From Flaccisagitta enflata (taxonomy: Eukaryota), in NCBI GenBank assembly GCA_965153355.1, contig OZ231126.1:30132001-30196000 (forward strand): a DNA stretch of 64,000 nt. Direction: 5' to 3'. Positions 1-14,786 of the stretch are shown in pieces; the first letter of the stretch is position 1, and each line of letters begins with the position of its first letter. The notes beneath the pieces are model-generated. The model saw only the letters and a list, made by a program, of their open reading frames with translations. It was not told the origin of the DNA and did not search any database. The position numbers and the translations under genes are program-made.

Positions 1-47
<47 letters not shown>

Positions 48-58
48 ATCTATTTTAC

Positions 59-720
59 CGACGGTGCGAATCCATTTTGTCCCATCTTGAAGACTCCTTT
101 GGTCGGCATTGAGTTGGCTACTGAAGTTGGTCCATCGGACTCTCGGTGATGGTGATGATGATTAAGATGCTGATGATTCAGTTGATGATGATTGAGATGA
201 TGTTGATGATGATGAGTCGACGGGCCGCTTGAAGTGACTCCGGATATGCCCATGACGGGCGGCGAATTCGTGCCGTTGCGCTGGTCGTGGTGATAGTGAC
301 GGTCGTTATTACCCACTTCGCTATTGAGACCGTGTATATCGTTACCGCCGCTATTTTCAATGTCGTTGTGGCTATTGCTGTGGCTGTTGCTGTGATTGTT
401 ACTGTGGCTGTTGCTGTGGGTCCTGCCGCCGGCGACGCAGCTTCTCATGTCGGTTTTGTTGGTGGGATCGTAGTCGTCTTCGTCGTGATCGGCGTTGTAG
501 TCATTGCTGATGTTGATGCCGTTGCTGTTGTTGATGTTACAGCCGTCATTATTGTTGTTGTTGTTGTTACTGCCATCATTGTGGCAAGGTTTAATCGATG
601 AGGAGATGGAGAGTGAAGCGTCATGATGTCGATGAGGAGGAGCAGGCACTTCGGGAAGAGGAGGAGGAAGAGGAGGAGGAAGAGGAGAAGGTAGCAACGA
701 GGCTGATGAAGGGCTAGAAT
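59..720 (-). CDS. TANC: Next coding exon of the TANC/rols-like gene (Pro-, Asn-, His-rich low complexity); gene continues off the left edge
   Basis: Acceptor ttcttctttttcAG at 722-721; phase 1 joins the RING exon in frame (G|AT=Asp, DSSPSSASLLPSPLPPP...MGQNGFAPS); 220 open codons; probable donor GTAAAA at 58. Confidence 0.75.
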
Positions 721-1821
721 CTGAAAAAGAAGAAAGAGAAATAAACGACTATGATTATCAATCTAACAGTAACATGATCCTACTACTTGTTATTCATAAT
801 TTGAAGTGAATGATCGAGTATATAGAGAAAGCAAATTAATAGATAAATGGAAATCAGTCATCAAAGACGATTGTCAGAAAGTCGAAAACCGAGAAGTATC
901 TGGAATTTTTCTATTCCCTTTTTTTGGTTCCCTCTTGATAAATGGAAATATCACTATAGATTCTTGAGTTTAGAATGATGGTCATGACTGAATGAACGAA
1001 TCAAATGACAAAAGGTCCTTACTCTTACCATCAAATTGATTGGGAAAAGGCCCCGGAGGTATAAGTTACAGTGAAGGTGAAAGGTAAGGCGAGGTGAAAG
1101 ATCAAGAATTACGTGATCGTGATGAAGGAAGTGGAAGCTTAAGAAAGAATTGAGTGAGGTTAGGTAAGTAGCAAGTAAGGACAAAAATAAAAGAAACAAA
1201 GCCGGATACAAGCCGACCCATGTCCTGTAAAGGTGGGTGGAGGCAGAGCGATAAGATAGGCAAATCAAACATTTGGACAGGGCAGTGGTGAAAAAAAAAA
1301 CGATAAACCAAAACGCTGAAACAAGCTAAGTTTTATTGACCAATGGACCAAACGACCGACAGACATGGTAAGTTATAGAGTCGCGTGCAAAAAGATAATG
1401 CTACCCAGACCTCCAACGACTCATTTTTTAGTTTGTCGCCGCGAAGGTTCCTGGTTGTGAAAATTATACGTTTATCTTATATTTAAATCCTCACCTTTAC
1501 CTCTTTACCACATACACATCAAAAAGAAAGAAAAAAAAGATCACTAATAGGATAAAAGTGTTTCTTTTTTTGTTCTTAAGATTCTCTTAGCCCCCCCCTT
1601 TTTTTTTCTCTCTCTCTTTCATGCATATACAGCATGTCTACGAAAACAGACACTTTTTTTCTTTTACTTATCATACTCTGGAAATCATTTCGAAGATACT
1701 TATCCCTGCAAATAGGATTGGAGGAGAGCCCAGACGAGACACCGCAGAGAAAGTGTGTGCAAAAGGTGAAAGGAACTTTATGTGTATGTGAGAAAGAGAA
1801 TTAGAGAGAGAGAGAGAGAGA

Positions 1822-1878
<57 letters not shown>

Positions 1879-2294
1879 TCGCACTCGCACTCGCACTCGC
1901 ACATACATTGGTGCATAATACCATGGCATGAACAATATGACCAAACATGCGAAAGAGCACTTGCATGCACTTGCACGTGACAGAGTGGCAAAAGCAAAGT
2001 AATAGGACGGACCCGATATAATACACACATGCTATAGAGTATGTAACAATACATTTATAAAACAAAATAGAATAAAAAACTGGAGAAGCGGCGTTAAGGT
2101 ATTACATATGATTACATCGAAAACAGGCGTTAAGGCCATATATGGCGTAGGAACCATTATGAACCATTTTTAATAAAAAGATCTTTATAAATTTGTTTGG
2201 ATTTTGATCTTAGATTCGGAGTGAAGAAAAAAGTAGTGATTAAAAAAAGGATATCGACAAGTAAAATGAAAATACGGAGGAGAATAAGAGAGAG

Positions 2295-2392
<98 letters not shown>

Positions 2393-2517
2393 AAGAGGGA
2401 TGAACTCGATAGGAAAGAGTTCATGCAGATTTGAAAATGATTCATCTCTAGTTTTCAGTTGCCTTTGAAATACAGAAAATTTAATTTAAGCAAATTTCGA
2501 ATGAAAAACTATAAGAA

Positions 2518-2965
<448 letters not shown>

Positions 2966-3057
2966 GTACGCGAGTGAATAAAGTGAAAATTGAAATCATT
3001 TGGTAGAAAATTAGACAAAGACAAGAATTCTCGCCCTTCAGTAACTCCACTCTCATG

Positions 3058-3508
3058 AACAAGGCCGGATCCATGGCCAATAAGCAGTCGCTTGCGGGTG
3101 GGCAGGGGCAGTAATGAAAGAGGGCAGGGGCACTATGCGGGTGGGCGGGGGCTGTAATGTGGCTGGGCAGGGGCCGTGATGTTAAAAAATCGCCATTTCA
3201 GCTGATTTCGCTTTGTTCAAATTTTCGCGTTCCCTATCTTACGACCTTCAGACCCTCTTATAGAGTCGCTTGGCAAGCGACTAAAAACAAGGCCGGATAC
3301 ACGGCTACCCCAGACGCGTGCGGGTGGGCAGGGGCTATATTTGAGGTCACTTGATCACTTGGGCAGGAGCAGTGAGGCCAAAGACCGCAAAACTCCCCAA
3401 AAAAGTAGACGGACGGACCGATGGACGGACCAACGGACAGAAGGACCGACGGACCGACCGACGGACCGACAAAGCGGGGTGTAGAGTCGCGTAGCACGCG
3501 ACTAAAAA
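3058..3508 (-). mobile_element. Two head-to-tail DINE-1/HINE-like elements (family A)
   Basis: Each has T-run + AGTCGC...GCGACT 5' hairpin, matching subterminal IR and GGCC..GGCC stem-loop ending CCTTGTT; second copy has a (GTCC/GTCG)n tract; junction at ~3285. Confidence 0.75.
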
Positions 3509-4327
3509 AACCGCGTATATCCTCAAATTAAGATAGAAAAAACGAATGAAAATCCGAAAGATGTACAAAAAATGTTTTGAAGTAAAGGGGAGAATCAAGG
3601 CCTAGTCCAGTGATAGACGATTGATGCGTCGAAAATGAACGTGCCAAAATTGCCCTAACTGATTAAAATACTTTAATCAGTTTGACCATTCCTACATTTC
3701 CCGGCAATTTCATAACGTAACTGGTATCGCGTGGGGGTGGACATGGACGATTGACTGCAATGTACAGGGCCACATAGACGTTTGGACAGGGGAACGTTAA
3801 CGCAAAACGTAACCTTGATGCTTCTTGAAAACAATTAAGGAAAGGACCGACAGTTATCGGATATAGACAAACACACCTTTCTGTACATAAAGATGCAAAG
3901 AGGTACATTAAAAAAAAAAATAAATAAAATGATAAAACAAAACCGCCACTCAAAGAATTGCCCACTCACTCAAATATCCACACCTACTCTCGAGAAGGAG
4001 GAGGAAGAGAAGGAGGAGGAGGAGGAGGAAGAAGAAGAGTAGGAGTCTTCAACAACGCCAGCACGCGCCCCTTCAATCTTTATCATTTTACAAAAAAAAG
4101 ATTACAAAGATAAAAGAGACAGGGGGATTCTTTCTTTTTTCCTTTAGATTTATTTCTTTGCTAATTAATTCTGATTTAATTTCTTCATCCGAGCCAAAGT
4201 GTCTTGATTTAAAACCATTGATCTAAGCTACGAAAAATGTGGTTTTATAACCGGAGATAATAAATACAGTTGAATTGAGCAGGTCGCGAACCAAAGTAGT
4301 AAAACGCGCAACGGAGGGAAGAAAGTT

Positions 4328-4358
<31 letters not shown>

Positions 4359-4628
4359 GAGAAAGCAGGGGGAAAAGAACGAAAAAAGAAAAAAAAAGAC
4401 AGACAGAAAGAAAGCAACAAAGACATAGAAAAAAAAAAGAAAGAAAGAAAGGAAGAAGAAGAGAAAAAAGAAAGAAAGAAAGACTGCAAGACAGGAAGAA
4501 AGAAAGACAGAAAGACAGAAAGAAAGAAAAAAAGACAGTGGGAAAGAAAGAAAGAATGAAAGAAAGAAAGAATGAAAGAAAGGAAAATGAAAGAAACAAA
4601 GGAAAATGAAAGAAATACAGGAAAATGA

Positions 4629-4704
<76 letters not shown>

Positions 4705-6574
4705 AAGAAAGAGAGAAAGAAAAATGAAAAAAAAAATGAAAAAAAAAAAAGAGAAAAAACTGATGAAATGTAAACGTGCTAAAAATAGCCTGGTTGACGC
4801 GTGCATTCGTCCTACCGCCTTTTGGCTCGGGGCTCACCTTAATCACTTTACCATTTACTCATCTATTGGCTTTGTACAAGGAAAGTGTCGCACCTCAGAA
4901 TGTATTCAAATGGACGACCGTTTGTGGATTTTATATCTATTGGTCACTCGTTTGTAATGATTCGTACTATTAAACGTAGCGGCTGGCGTGAGTGGTATTT
5001 TTATCGCTGAAATATTGCGAGTGGTAGACAAACAGTGCGATCATAGGCGTCGCGCCTTTGTTTTAGTTTCATTTTACAATGTTACGGCATAGTTAGCGAT
5101 TGGTGAGATAATCAAATAACGATTTTGGTGGTAAATTGATAGAGTATTCAAGGCAAGCCAAAATTCGCCAGTCGCGCCTGCACGGCTGCACCCTGTCTCC
5201 TCACTCTTTTTTCTCTTAGCACCCCGATTTTAAGTACTCTAACATCCCTAAAGACACACGGCATCATTCTGAAACCGTTAAAACTTCAATCCGAGCGTCT
5301 GATGCTCAAAAAGGTAACTTCTGACGGCACCTTTCGATACCTGCCCGGTTGAGTGGCTGAGCCCCTCCCCATACCAGCTTGTTGTCAATTGTCAAGCCCC
5401 GACATTCCTCCCAAATCACTGAAAGAATTCAAACTTCATTTCATCTCAAAAAGCCATTACAGATAAAAGCTTCCCCCACCTTCACATCCGTCCGCCTTGT
5501 TTAGTCTCGTTATATTTGATTGCGGACACGCAACTCTATAAGTCGGTCGGTCCGTCAGCAGAAGTAGGAAAACGAGCATTTTAGATATTTTTGTGTGCCG
5601 AGGGGGGAGGGGTGGTGCGTGTGGATGGGGGTTGGACGACCCTGCCCACCCTTCCGCCACGATATTGTGACACCATGTCACTTGTTTGTAATCCTAAGCT
5701 ATGTCTCTCATATTTGGTCGATCGGTTTGCACGTCCATGATTCCGTCCGTCCGTTCGTCCGTCCACTAATTGTCCTGTGACTCTCACGGCTCTCACCTGA
5801 TTTCACGTCTTTTTCTCTCCCATCTCTTATTTTGTTTTCTTCTGTCTGTTCCTCTCATCTTATTCCGTTTTCTTAAGCTAATCTGCTTCGCCCTTTCCTC
5901 CAAACATCAACGCTCTGCCATTTCAGTCATTAGCTGCCAAAAGCTGATGGTTCGTCCAACAAGTACACAACCAATCAACGGACGAACGAACGGACAATTG
6001 AGCGGACTGGCTGACTGACAGACGGGCCGACAAAGACAGAGGAGACAGAGAAGACAAATAGACAGTGTTCCAAATCTCCCTTCGTCTGTAATTTCATAAC
6101 GCGCTTAGTCGACTGCTCTTTTCCTTTCCCCCTCTACCAACCCCACCACTCACTAAGTCAGTCTCTCAGTCCCCCATGAAAAGTGAAGAAAAGAAAAGTT
6201 AAAACATCCGAACTGCAATCAGCAGGTCAACACCTCTTCACTTGTAACGATTCCCTGTCAAGTGCGTCTAGAGCATTCCTTTTACTCGACAGAGGAAATG
6301 ACGTTCGGGATTGTAAAAACTACTACCAAAAGAGGAGAAGGAAGAAAAGCTAAAAGCAGGGAAAAGGAAGAAAGGGATGACGCTTTAACAAGAGCGCAAA
6401 CGTACTTTAAAGAGTACTCTTTATTGCACAAACATGCGATAATAGACACAAAAAGTAGACGCGTGTGAGACTGACTCGGTTTGTCTGTCTCTCAGTCGGT
6501 CCATCTCTGTCTCTCAGTCCGTCAGTCTCTGTCTCTCAGTCTGTTTGTCAATCTGTCCGTCTTTCTCTGTCTGT

Positions 6575-6634
<60 letters not shown>

Positions 6635-6640
6635 CCTTAC

Positions 6641-6923
6641 CTATCCCATCACAGGTCGGGCAATTTTCGGCGCGAAAAATGCAAGAGTAGCATCTGTAAT
6701 GTCCGCAGGCGTCCGTCAGCCGTCGTTTGACTCCTTTATCGAAGGGCGAGTTACATCCGGGACAGAGAAGGTCCGTTCTATTACTCGTTATCACATACGG
6801 ACTCTCCACTATCACGTTTTCGTTTATATCAGGCGTAGATTCACTTTTCACGTTGATTAAATCCAACGAATGATAATGCGACGTAGACGACGGGTGTTGT
6901 TGTTGTTGTTGCTGCTGCTGACG

Positions 6924-7004
<81 letters not shown>

Positions 7005-7036
7005 TGATCCCGCTTCAACCGGCGCCGGGTCAAATT
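6641..7036 (-). CDS. TANC: Internal coding exon of a TANC/rolling pebbles (rols)-like protein: poly-Q tract followed by C3HC4 RING finger
   Basis: Translation FDPAPVEAGSKQ(n)...CPGCNSPFDKGVKRRLTDACGHYRCYSCIFRAENCPTC resembles the RING of invertebrate Rols/TANC proteins as I recall it (CPxCxxxFDKGKKRxLIDxCGHERCYSCxF). Polypyrimidine+AG acceptor at 7038-7037, GTAAGG donor at 6640; 396 nt, phase 1-1, open throughout. Confidence 0.85.
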
Positions 7037-7384
7037 CTGAAAGAAAAGAAAGGAAGAAAGAGAAAAGTTTTATTTAAACAGCGAATAAAACTCTTCCTTT
7101 TAAAATGTTTTACATAAATACAAAAGAGAGAGGAAGGACATTTGTCAGATTACACGTGGTCCAATATGTAAATTTCTTTGGCTGAAAATCAGAAATTACA
7201 AGAATGTTCTTTTTTTAACGGTGATTTTTTCTTCTTTTTTTGCTATGATTAAAAAAGAATAGCTTTGTGAGTGATTATCTCGGTAGAGAAGAGAAAAAGA
7301 TCGAAAAAAAGGAAGAGGGGGGGGGAGAAAAAAGAGGGGATACTGAATATTTGGAATTCTGTTACCCACACACATTAAAAAATA

Positions 7385-7473
<89 letters not shown>

Positions 7474-7699
7474 CCAAGTCAATTTGTCTATTAACCTAGT
7501 CGCTGCTTCACGTAATTGACTGCAAAAATGCGAGAGAAAATATTTCAATCGAAAAAAAAGAAGAAGAAAAAAGAAATAGAATCTAAAAAAATCTGATTAA
7601 AAAAAAAGAAGATCGAGAGCCTCATATAATTAATGAGAAAATAGGTTGCAAGTAGAGAAGAAAAAAAACTTCGCAGTGACCGATTGTACTTTCGAATTG

Positions 7700-8016
7700 A
7701 ACAAGGCCAACACCTATAAGTCGCGTGCGGGAACTAAATAGCCTAAGATGACTTAGAATGACTTAAGACAAATTGAAATGACTTAAAAAGACTAAAAATG
7801 ACATAAGCGACCAAATTGACCTAATTGACTTAAGTGACTCATTGTAGCGTAATATGACTTAGAATGGCTTAGAGTGAGTTAGAATGAGTTAGAATGACTT
7901 AGAATGACTAAAAATGACTTAAAGTATAATGAAAAAGTAAAGTGAGACGGACGGACCAACCGACGGACCGACGGATCGACAAACCGGGGTGTAGAGTCGC
8001 ATAGCACGCGAATAAA
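7700..8016 (-). mobile_element. HINE-like family A copy with central GACTTAGAAT 10-mer array
   Basis: Family A ends (aacaaggcc / gtagagtcgcatagcacgcga) around a degenerate 10-mer array at 7745-7922. Confidence 0.7.
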
Positions 8017-8107
8017 AAGGTTGATGAAGGTGTAATGACTGATAGCTCATGAATTCGGAGTGAGCTACAGCTAAACGTTTCCCGCGTGATCTAGCATGTA
8101 CATGAGA

Positions 8108-8201
<94 letters not shown>

Positions 8202-9036
8202 GCAAAGTAACCACGAATTTTTAATCCAAGCGCGGAAATATGTAAATTTAACATGGATGAGCAAGGGCAGTGTGGCAAAAACCGCCCTCAATCGAAAATT
8301 GTTACGGATCGACCAACGGGATGGACGGACCGCCCGACCAAAAAGAAGCTAATACATAGAATGGCGTGCACGGCAATAAAATGTGGCGGTTGTAAAGTTA
8401 AAAAAAATCTTAGTTTGAATTTTTGAAATGAGTTTTCCAGTAACTAAAACTGTTGAGAGCGATAAGAAGACTAATTTCCGTTCGTTTGCCAGACAGTCGG
8501 CTTCATATTCTCTCATATCTCATTCACATTCTTCTTTTTTTAGTCAAGGACTAGCGACTCTATAAGAGGCTTTGTCTGTTCGTCCATCTGTCCGTCTGCT
8601 GGTCCGTAATGATCGAGTTGGAAAGTGTGAAAACGCGCATTTCCGCTCCTGCCCACCCGTCCGCGACTGGCCTTGTTATCTTTCTCGTTTCCTCGATTTT
8701 GTTCTGTTTTGATATTCATGTTTAAAATATGTTAAAAAGCCTCGCACATTTCCACTACATACTAAGAACACATTCAACTAGGCTCGTTACCAAACATGGA
8801 TCCTGTCGTACTAGTCGAAGTTGAAAAAAAAGTTTTGTTGAAAAAAAAAAACAGAGAAAAATCGCAAATTCTTTTCTTATCTGCAGATTAGAGAAAATTC
8901 TGTTTCGGCCGATCAGTCATTGTGCGTGACGGTATTTATATTAGTATATGGACGGAGAGAAAAAAGGGAGAAAGAGACAGAGAATGAAAGACAGAAAGAA
9001 AGAAGAGAGAAAAAAAGGAAAGAAAGAATGAAAGAT

Positions 9037-9103
<67 letters not shown>

Positions 9104-9535
9104 AAAAAGAGAGGATGAGAGAAAGGAAGGAAGGAAGAAAGAAAGAAAGAAAGAAAGAGAGAAAGATAGGAAGAATGAAAGAGAGAAAGAGAAAAAGAGA
9201 GAGAGAGAAAAAGAGAGAAAAAAAAAGGAAAAATAAGGGAAAAAGAAAGAAAGAGAGAGAGAAAGATAGAAATCAACTCGATGTCGTCGGCCGTTTTAAT
9301 CAAATGAGATGCATATGAGTGAGTTAGGGTATCATTAAGAATGTAAATAAGACAATCTGTTGTGTTGTGCTTTGAAAATTGACGGACCCAGAACGTCAAG
9401 AATAACGATGCACATCGTTGTTGACTTGTTGTACAACAATTAGTATAACGACATCTATGAGAACCGCTAGAACCACCAATAACCACAAATAACAGTCAGA
9501 ACTCCTACACTTCAACAACGACAACCGCTATTTTT

Positions 9536-9585
<50 letters not shown>

Positions 9586-9708
9586 CCACAACAACAACAA
9601 CAACATCAACAACAAGGATGACAACAACAAGGATGACGACGTCAAAACGACGACACGACGATGATTTGGATTTTTGACAAATAATTTTCTAAAAATTCGC
9701 AAAAACCC

Positions 9709-9740
<32 letters not shown>

Positions 9741-9911
9741 AACGGAAAATGAAAACAGTTTTTGGATTTGGAGTTATATGGAGAGAGAGAGATTCGTGCT
9801 AATAGAAGAATCGGTGACCCTTTTGTGACCTTGGAAGGGGCGTGACCCAAGTTATATCAACGCAAAGCGGAACGAAATAATCAACGAGACCGAGAGAAGT
9901 TTCCGACACGG

Positions 9912-10029
<118 letters not shown>

Positions 10030-10097
10030 AAAAGAACGACGGACAGAAAGTCAGACAGACAGTACTTAAAGACATGGTCAAAGACTTGGTCAGAGAT

Positions 10098-10255
10098 AAC
10101 AAGGCCGGATACACGGCCAATACCAGTCGCGGACGGGTGGGCAGGGGCGGAAATGCGTGTTTTCACACTTTCCAACTCGATCATTACGGACCGACCAACC
10201 GACGGACGGACGGACGGACGGACAAAGCCTCTTATACGCTAGTCCGCGACTAAAA
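10098..10255 (-). mobile_element. HINE-like family A copy; similar copies near 1195, 5515, 8538, 10335, 13200, 14495, 15015, 23737, 35082, 35393, 36313, 39823, 41556, 41770, 45876, 59578, 60375, 63700
   Basis: aacaaggccggatacacggcc...agtcgcggacgggtgggcagggg...(gacg)n...agtccgcgactaaaaa recurs across the window in both orientations. Confidence 0.75.
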
Positions 10256-10600
10256 AGAGAGAATTCTGAAAGAAGAGAGAAGAATTAAAAGGTACAAACT
10301 AACAAAGAAGAAAGATAAAATGGAAGCAAGTGAGAACAAGTAAGGCGGGGTTACCATATCGTCAAGAAAGGGTGGATAGGGGTGTACAGCCCCCTCCAAA
10401 CTCCACAGTCCACACCCCCTTCCTAAACACACACGCGCGGCATCTCAAAAAAGCTTTTTCACACTTTTTGAATGGTACGTTACAAACCAAGAGTTAAACC
10501 AACAAATGGAATAATAGACGGACAGGCGGACAGAACCTCTTAATGAGTCGCTAGTCCGCGACTTAAAAGAGGGTGCAAAGAATTGGAATCGAAGGAATAC

Positions 10601-11122
10601 AAAATAGCCGCCCAGAGGCAGTACATGGTCAGCGGTACCCGTGCTCTGCTTGAGTAGTGTGTGATTTATTTGTTTTTTCATCCGTCCATCCATCCATCTT
10701 TTCTGCCAAATAGCCAAAATTGAATCAATATGGCCTAAATTTAAGCAAAATGGCCCAAATCCAAGCCTTATAGCCCAAATCCAAGCAAAATGGCTAAAAT
10801 CTGGCCACAATGTAGAATATAGGGGCAAAATGATGGACCTCAGGCCAGAATTGGGGTTTACTAGCTAGATTTCGGGCATTTTGCTTTGATTTGGGCCATT
10901 TTGCTTTGATTTGGGCTATATTGCCAGGATTTGGGCTATTTGGCAGAAATTGGGTCAGAATAGGCCATATGTGTGAAAGCATAGGCCGCTGCCCAAAAGG
11001 AGACGAAGAACTGATAATGGGGTGGGGGAGATGGATGGACAAACATATGTATGTACGGGCAGACGGACAGACTCCCCTGTGTTCTACAGGACTTCGTCCC
11101 CTTTGGGGCCGGTGCCCAAAAA
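10601..11122 (-). mobile_element. Family C copy
   Basis: Same tail (ggtcagcggtacccgtgctctgc), AAAATGGCCCAAATCCAAGC arrays and ctgtgttctacaggac...ggggccg end. Confidence 0.75.
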
Positions 11123-11281
11123 CCTAAATTAAAGGATAAAGCAATAGAAATGGAAAAGTGAAGGAATAAAACTTTCAAAAGCGTTACAAATACCGACAGA
11201 GAAACAAATAGACAAACAGACAGCCAAATAAGGGACAAAAGTTCACCGGCGAACATTGAAGGAGAATACAGAGAAATCAGT

Positions 11282-11396
<115 letters not shown>

Positions 11397-11399
11397 AAG

Positions 11400-11430
<31 letters not shown>

Positions 11431-11798
11431 GAGAAAGAGAAAGAGAAAGAGAGAAAGAGAGAGAAAGAGAGAAAGAGGGAAAGAGAGAAAGAGAGAGAAA
11501 GAGAGAGAGAAAGAGAAAAAGAGAGAAAGAGAGAGAAAGAGAGAGAAAGAGAGAGAAAAGAGAGAGTTTTTTTCAAAAAAAAAAGCAAAAAAAAGAAAAG
11601 TAAGGTAATTTAGAAAAGAAAAAAAAAAAAGAAAGAAAAAAAAAAAAAAAAGAATTAAAAGAGCAAATAGAATTGAAAAGCGGGGGCGGAATTCCGCCGC
11701 CGTCGTCTGAGCCGCCGTCCTCAAGGCGACCACGTGAACAACTTCGAGGGCTTATTTTATAGGTGGTGATTGTTGTTGTTGTTGTGTTGTTGTTGTTT

Positions 11799-11874
<76 letters not shown>

Positions 11875-12629
11875 AACAGTCGTGGCAGTCTTGGTAAGCG
11901 ACGGTCAATTTGATCCATTATGGTGACAGGTAATGTCAAAAGGATGCTAGTTGGCACCGCGGTAGTGAGTGGTGCGGCCGCGTCGTTGCTGTTGCTATTG
12001 CTGCTCAGATTGCTCAGGATCACACTCGATAGGAAGTAGTTACTACGGCCTCCATAAGGGCGACGAAAAGAGAACGTACTCGAGAGTTAATTCTCGAAGT
12101 ACACACTTACTTTGTTTAATTGTAAATCGCGAAGTAGTATTTCTTTTTGATGAAAATCCTTTAGTTGGAAATCTATCGATTTTAACTTTTAGATTGCTTG
12201 TCGCTATGACTAATTCTTATATGTAAGCTCTAAATCAAGGGATATCCATTTAAGGATGGATTTAAGCCCAGGATTTTACTTCGCGAATCAGTCGAGTGTG
12301 AGTATCGAATACAAAATTTGTTATTATCACACTTTCCAATTATCAAAAGGTCACATTGAATCGGATGTCTGCCTGTAAGTAATTTCTGTGGGTCACGTTT
12401 TGTAATTGCTCTCTTCTCTAAAGCTGGCATTCTTTTGCATGAGTAATGACTGACCGACGGACAAGAAGGAAAATAGGGTCATTAGACCATAGTCGCGTGC
12501 GTCGGCACTTTTAAGAAACTGACAGTAAGACAAGCAGACAGACAGACTAAAATTTCCAAGAGGACCTTTGAATTAGCTGTCTACTCCTCAAAATTTCTTC
12601 TCCGATATTCAAAAATGTAACAGTCGCGA

Positions 12630-13168
12630 AAGCGTTAGATGGTCAGCGGTGCCCGTGCTCTGCCTAAGTAGGTTGTGCTTTAAGTTGAGGGGGGAGCAGG
12701 GCAGCGGCTCCAAAGGGGTCAATGACCTATGCTTTCACAAGGGAATTTTCTCCTCCTCCTCCTCCTCCTCCTCTGTGCGCCCCCCCACTCAAATCCCAGC
12801 CTCAAGGTCTAAATCCTAGTCTCGAGGCTCAAATCCCAGTCTCAAGGCCTAAATCCCATCATCGAGGCCCCAATCCCATCCTCAAGGCTCAAATCCCACC
12901 CTGAAGGCTGAAGGCTTCATGGGTGGAATATGGGCCTCATGGCTAGAATATGGGCCTCGAGGAAGGGATTTGAGCCTTGAGAATGGAATTTGAGCTTCAA
13001 GGCTGGGATTTAGGCCTTAAGACTGGGATTTGGGCCTCAAAATAGAATTCGGGTCTTGAGACTTGGATTTTAGGGGGGGATGGAGGTAGGAGAAGGAGAA
13101 GAAGGAGGAGAAAATTCCCCTGTGTGAAAGCATAGGTCATCGACCCCTTTGGGGCCGCTGGCCAAAAA
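12630..13168 (-). mobile_element. Family C copy with inverted 21-mer (CTCAAGGCTCAAATCCCAG) arrays
   Basis: Tail plus gcagcggc..caaaggggtc.atgacctatgctttcac inverted at 12700 and 13120-13165. Confidence 0.75.
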
Positions 13169-14647
13169 CCGCAAAAAAAGCCTTTGAAACGACTTTGAGA
13201 CAAACGGATGGTCGGATGGACCGATGGACGGACGGGCCAAAAAGTGGCTTACAAAGTAGTGTAGCACGCGACTACAACGTCCTTCTTGAAGGAGTCACGA
13301 GCAACGGCTTTCTTTTTTAGGCCATTTCACTCGAGTTAAGTCAGTTAACGATTCAAAGCTGACCTTGTTAAATGTTCCCATTTCTGCAATCATTGCTTCA
13401 GTAAACAAAGATTATTGCCATGCAATTTGCTCTTGTTAGAAAACTAGTTAACATGAAATTCTTCACATTAGAAACATTGTCTAGTCCGATCCCCCTGTCT
13501 GTAGAATTGCAGATTCTTTATGAAATACCTTAACTCTTTTTTTTTACGAGTTAATGTAATCGCAGGAGTTTTTTTTTTTAATCTTTATGGTTTTAATTGG
13601 CCGCGGACCGCACGCGAAAAAATGAGTTTTTTTTTACAGTTTTTTAATATAATTTTTAAACATAATTAATCTGTCAAGTCACACTCCCCAACTTGGATCA
13701 AAGGCGAGGTCGGCAGCGAGAGAGAGAGACAGAGAGACAGAGAGAGAGAGAGACAGAGAGACAGACAGAGACTAACAGAGACAGACAGACAGAGACAGAC
13801 CATAGCAGAGCATAGAAAAAGAAATGCGACAAGAAAAAAAAATCAAAATCATATAAACGTATAAATCAGTCTATAAAAAGCATAAATTCCGATCGCGTCT
13901 TTTTTTTTTATCATGTGATTGTGTTTGTCATTCGATGTAGATAAGCGGAAACTGTGCCCTGATTATTTCTTTTTTTTCAAATCCATTTTTTTCCCGTTAA
14001 ATTATCGAATTTCAGATTACAAAAAGAAAAGAAATTATAATAAAAAGGAGCGAAAAGGTATTTCTTAATCAGCTCCACTTAAACAAAATTCGCGTTTTGT
14101 TTAATATTTTGTATAAATACTTAAAAAAAAGGTCTGAAGATCGAATGGACCGGAAGGCGGAAGCAAGGGGCGACCTAGCCCAGCCGAACTCTTAGGAGGG
14201 ATGACGGAAGGGACAACATTCTTCAGTTAAATGATGTATAGATAATTAAGTTTCGATTTGTTTCGAATAACCAACTTGAACTCCAATACTATAAATCTAT
14301 AAATAGTAAAAAAAATGCAAACCAGTCAGCGAAGCGAAGCCAAATGGATTTCATACCTTTTATTTTTTTTCATTTTCCAAGTATTTTTTTTCAAAACTTT
14401 CGATGTTTTAAAAGATAAATTTATCTTTTTCACAATTTAAATCTCGCTTGAATTTGTAATCGCTGGAAACGTGCGTCATGAACATTAATCTTCTTTTTTT
14501 AGTTGCGGTCTTGCGGACACTCTTTGCCCCTCCGTAGGTCCATCCGTCCGTCTGTCCGTCCATCCGTCCGTCAGTCCGTCAGTCTGTCCTTGAGCAGTAA
14601 TGCAAAAGTGGAAAAACGAGCGTTTTAGATAGTTGTTAGTGTGTGTT

Positions 14648-14786
<139 letters not shown>

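Noticed and set aside
11757..12023. Poly-Q ORF MDQIDRRLPRLPRLLQQQ as a TANC exon
   Set aside because: Ends in a stop with no usable donor before it; could be UTR but unsupported.
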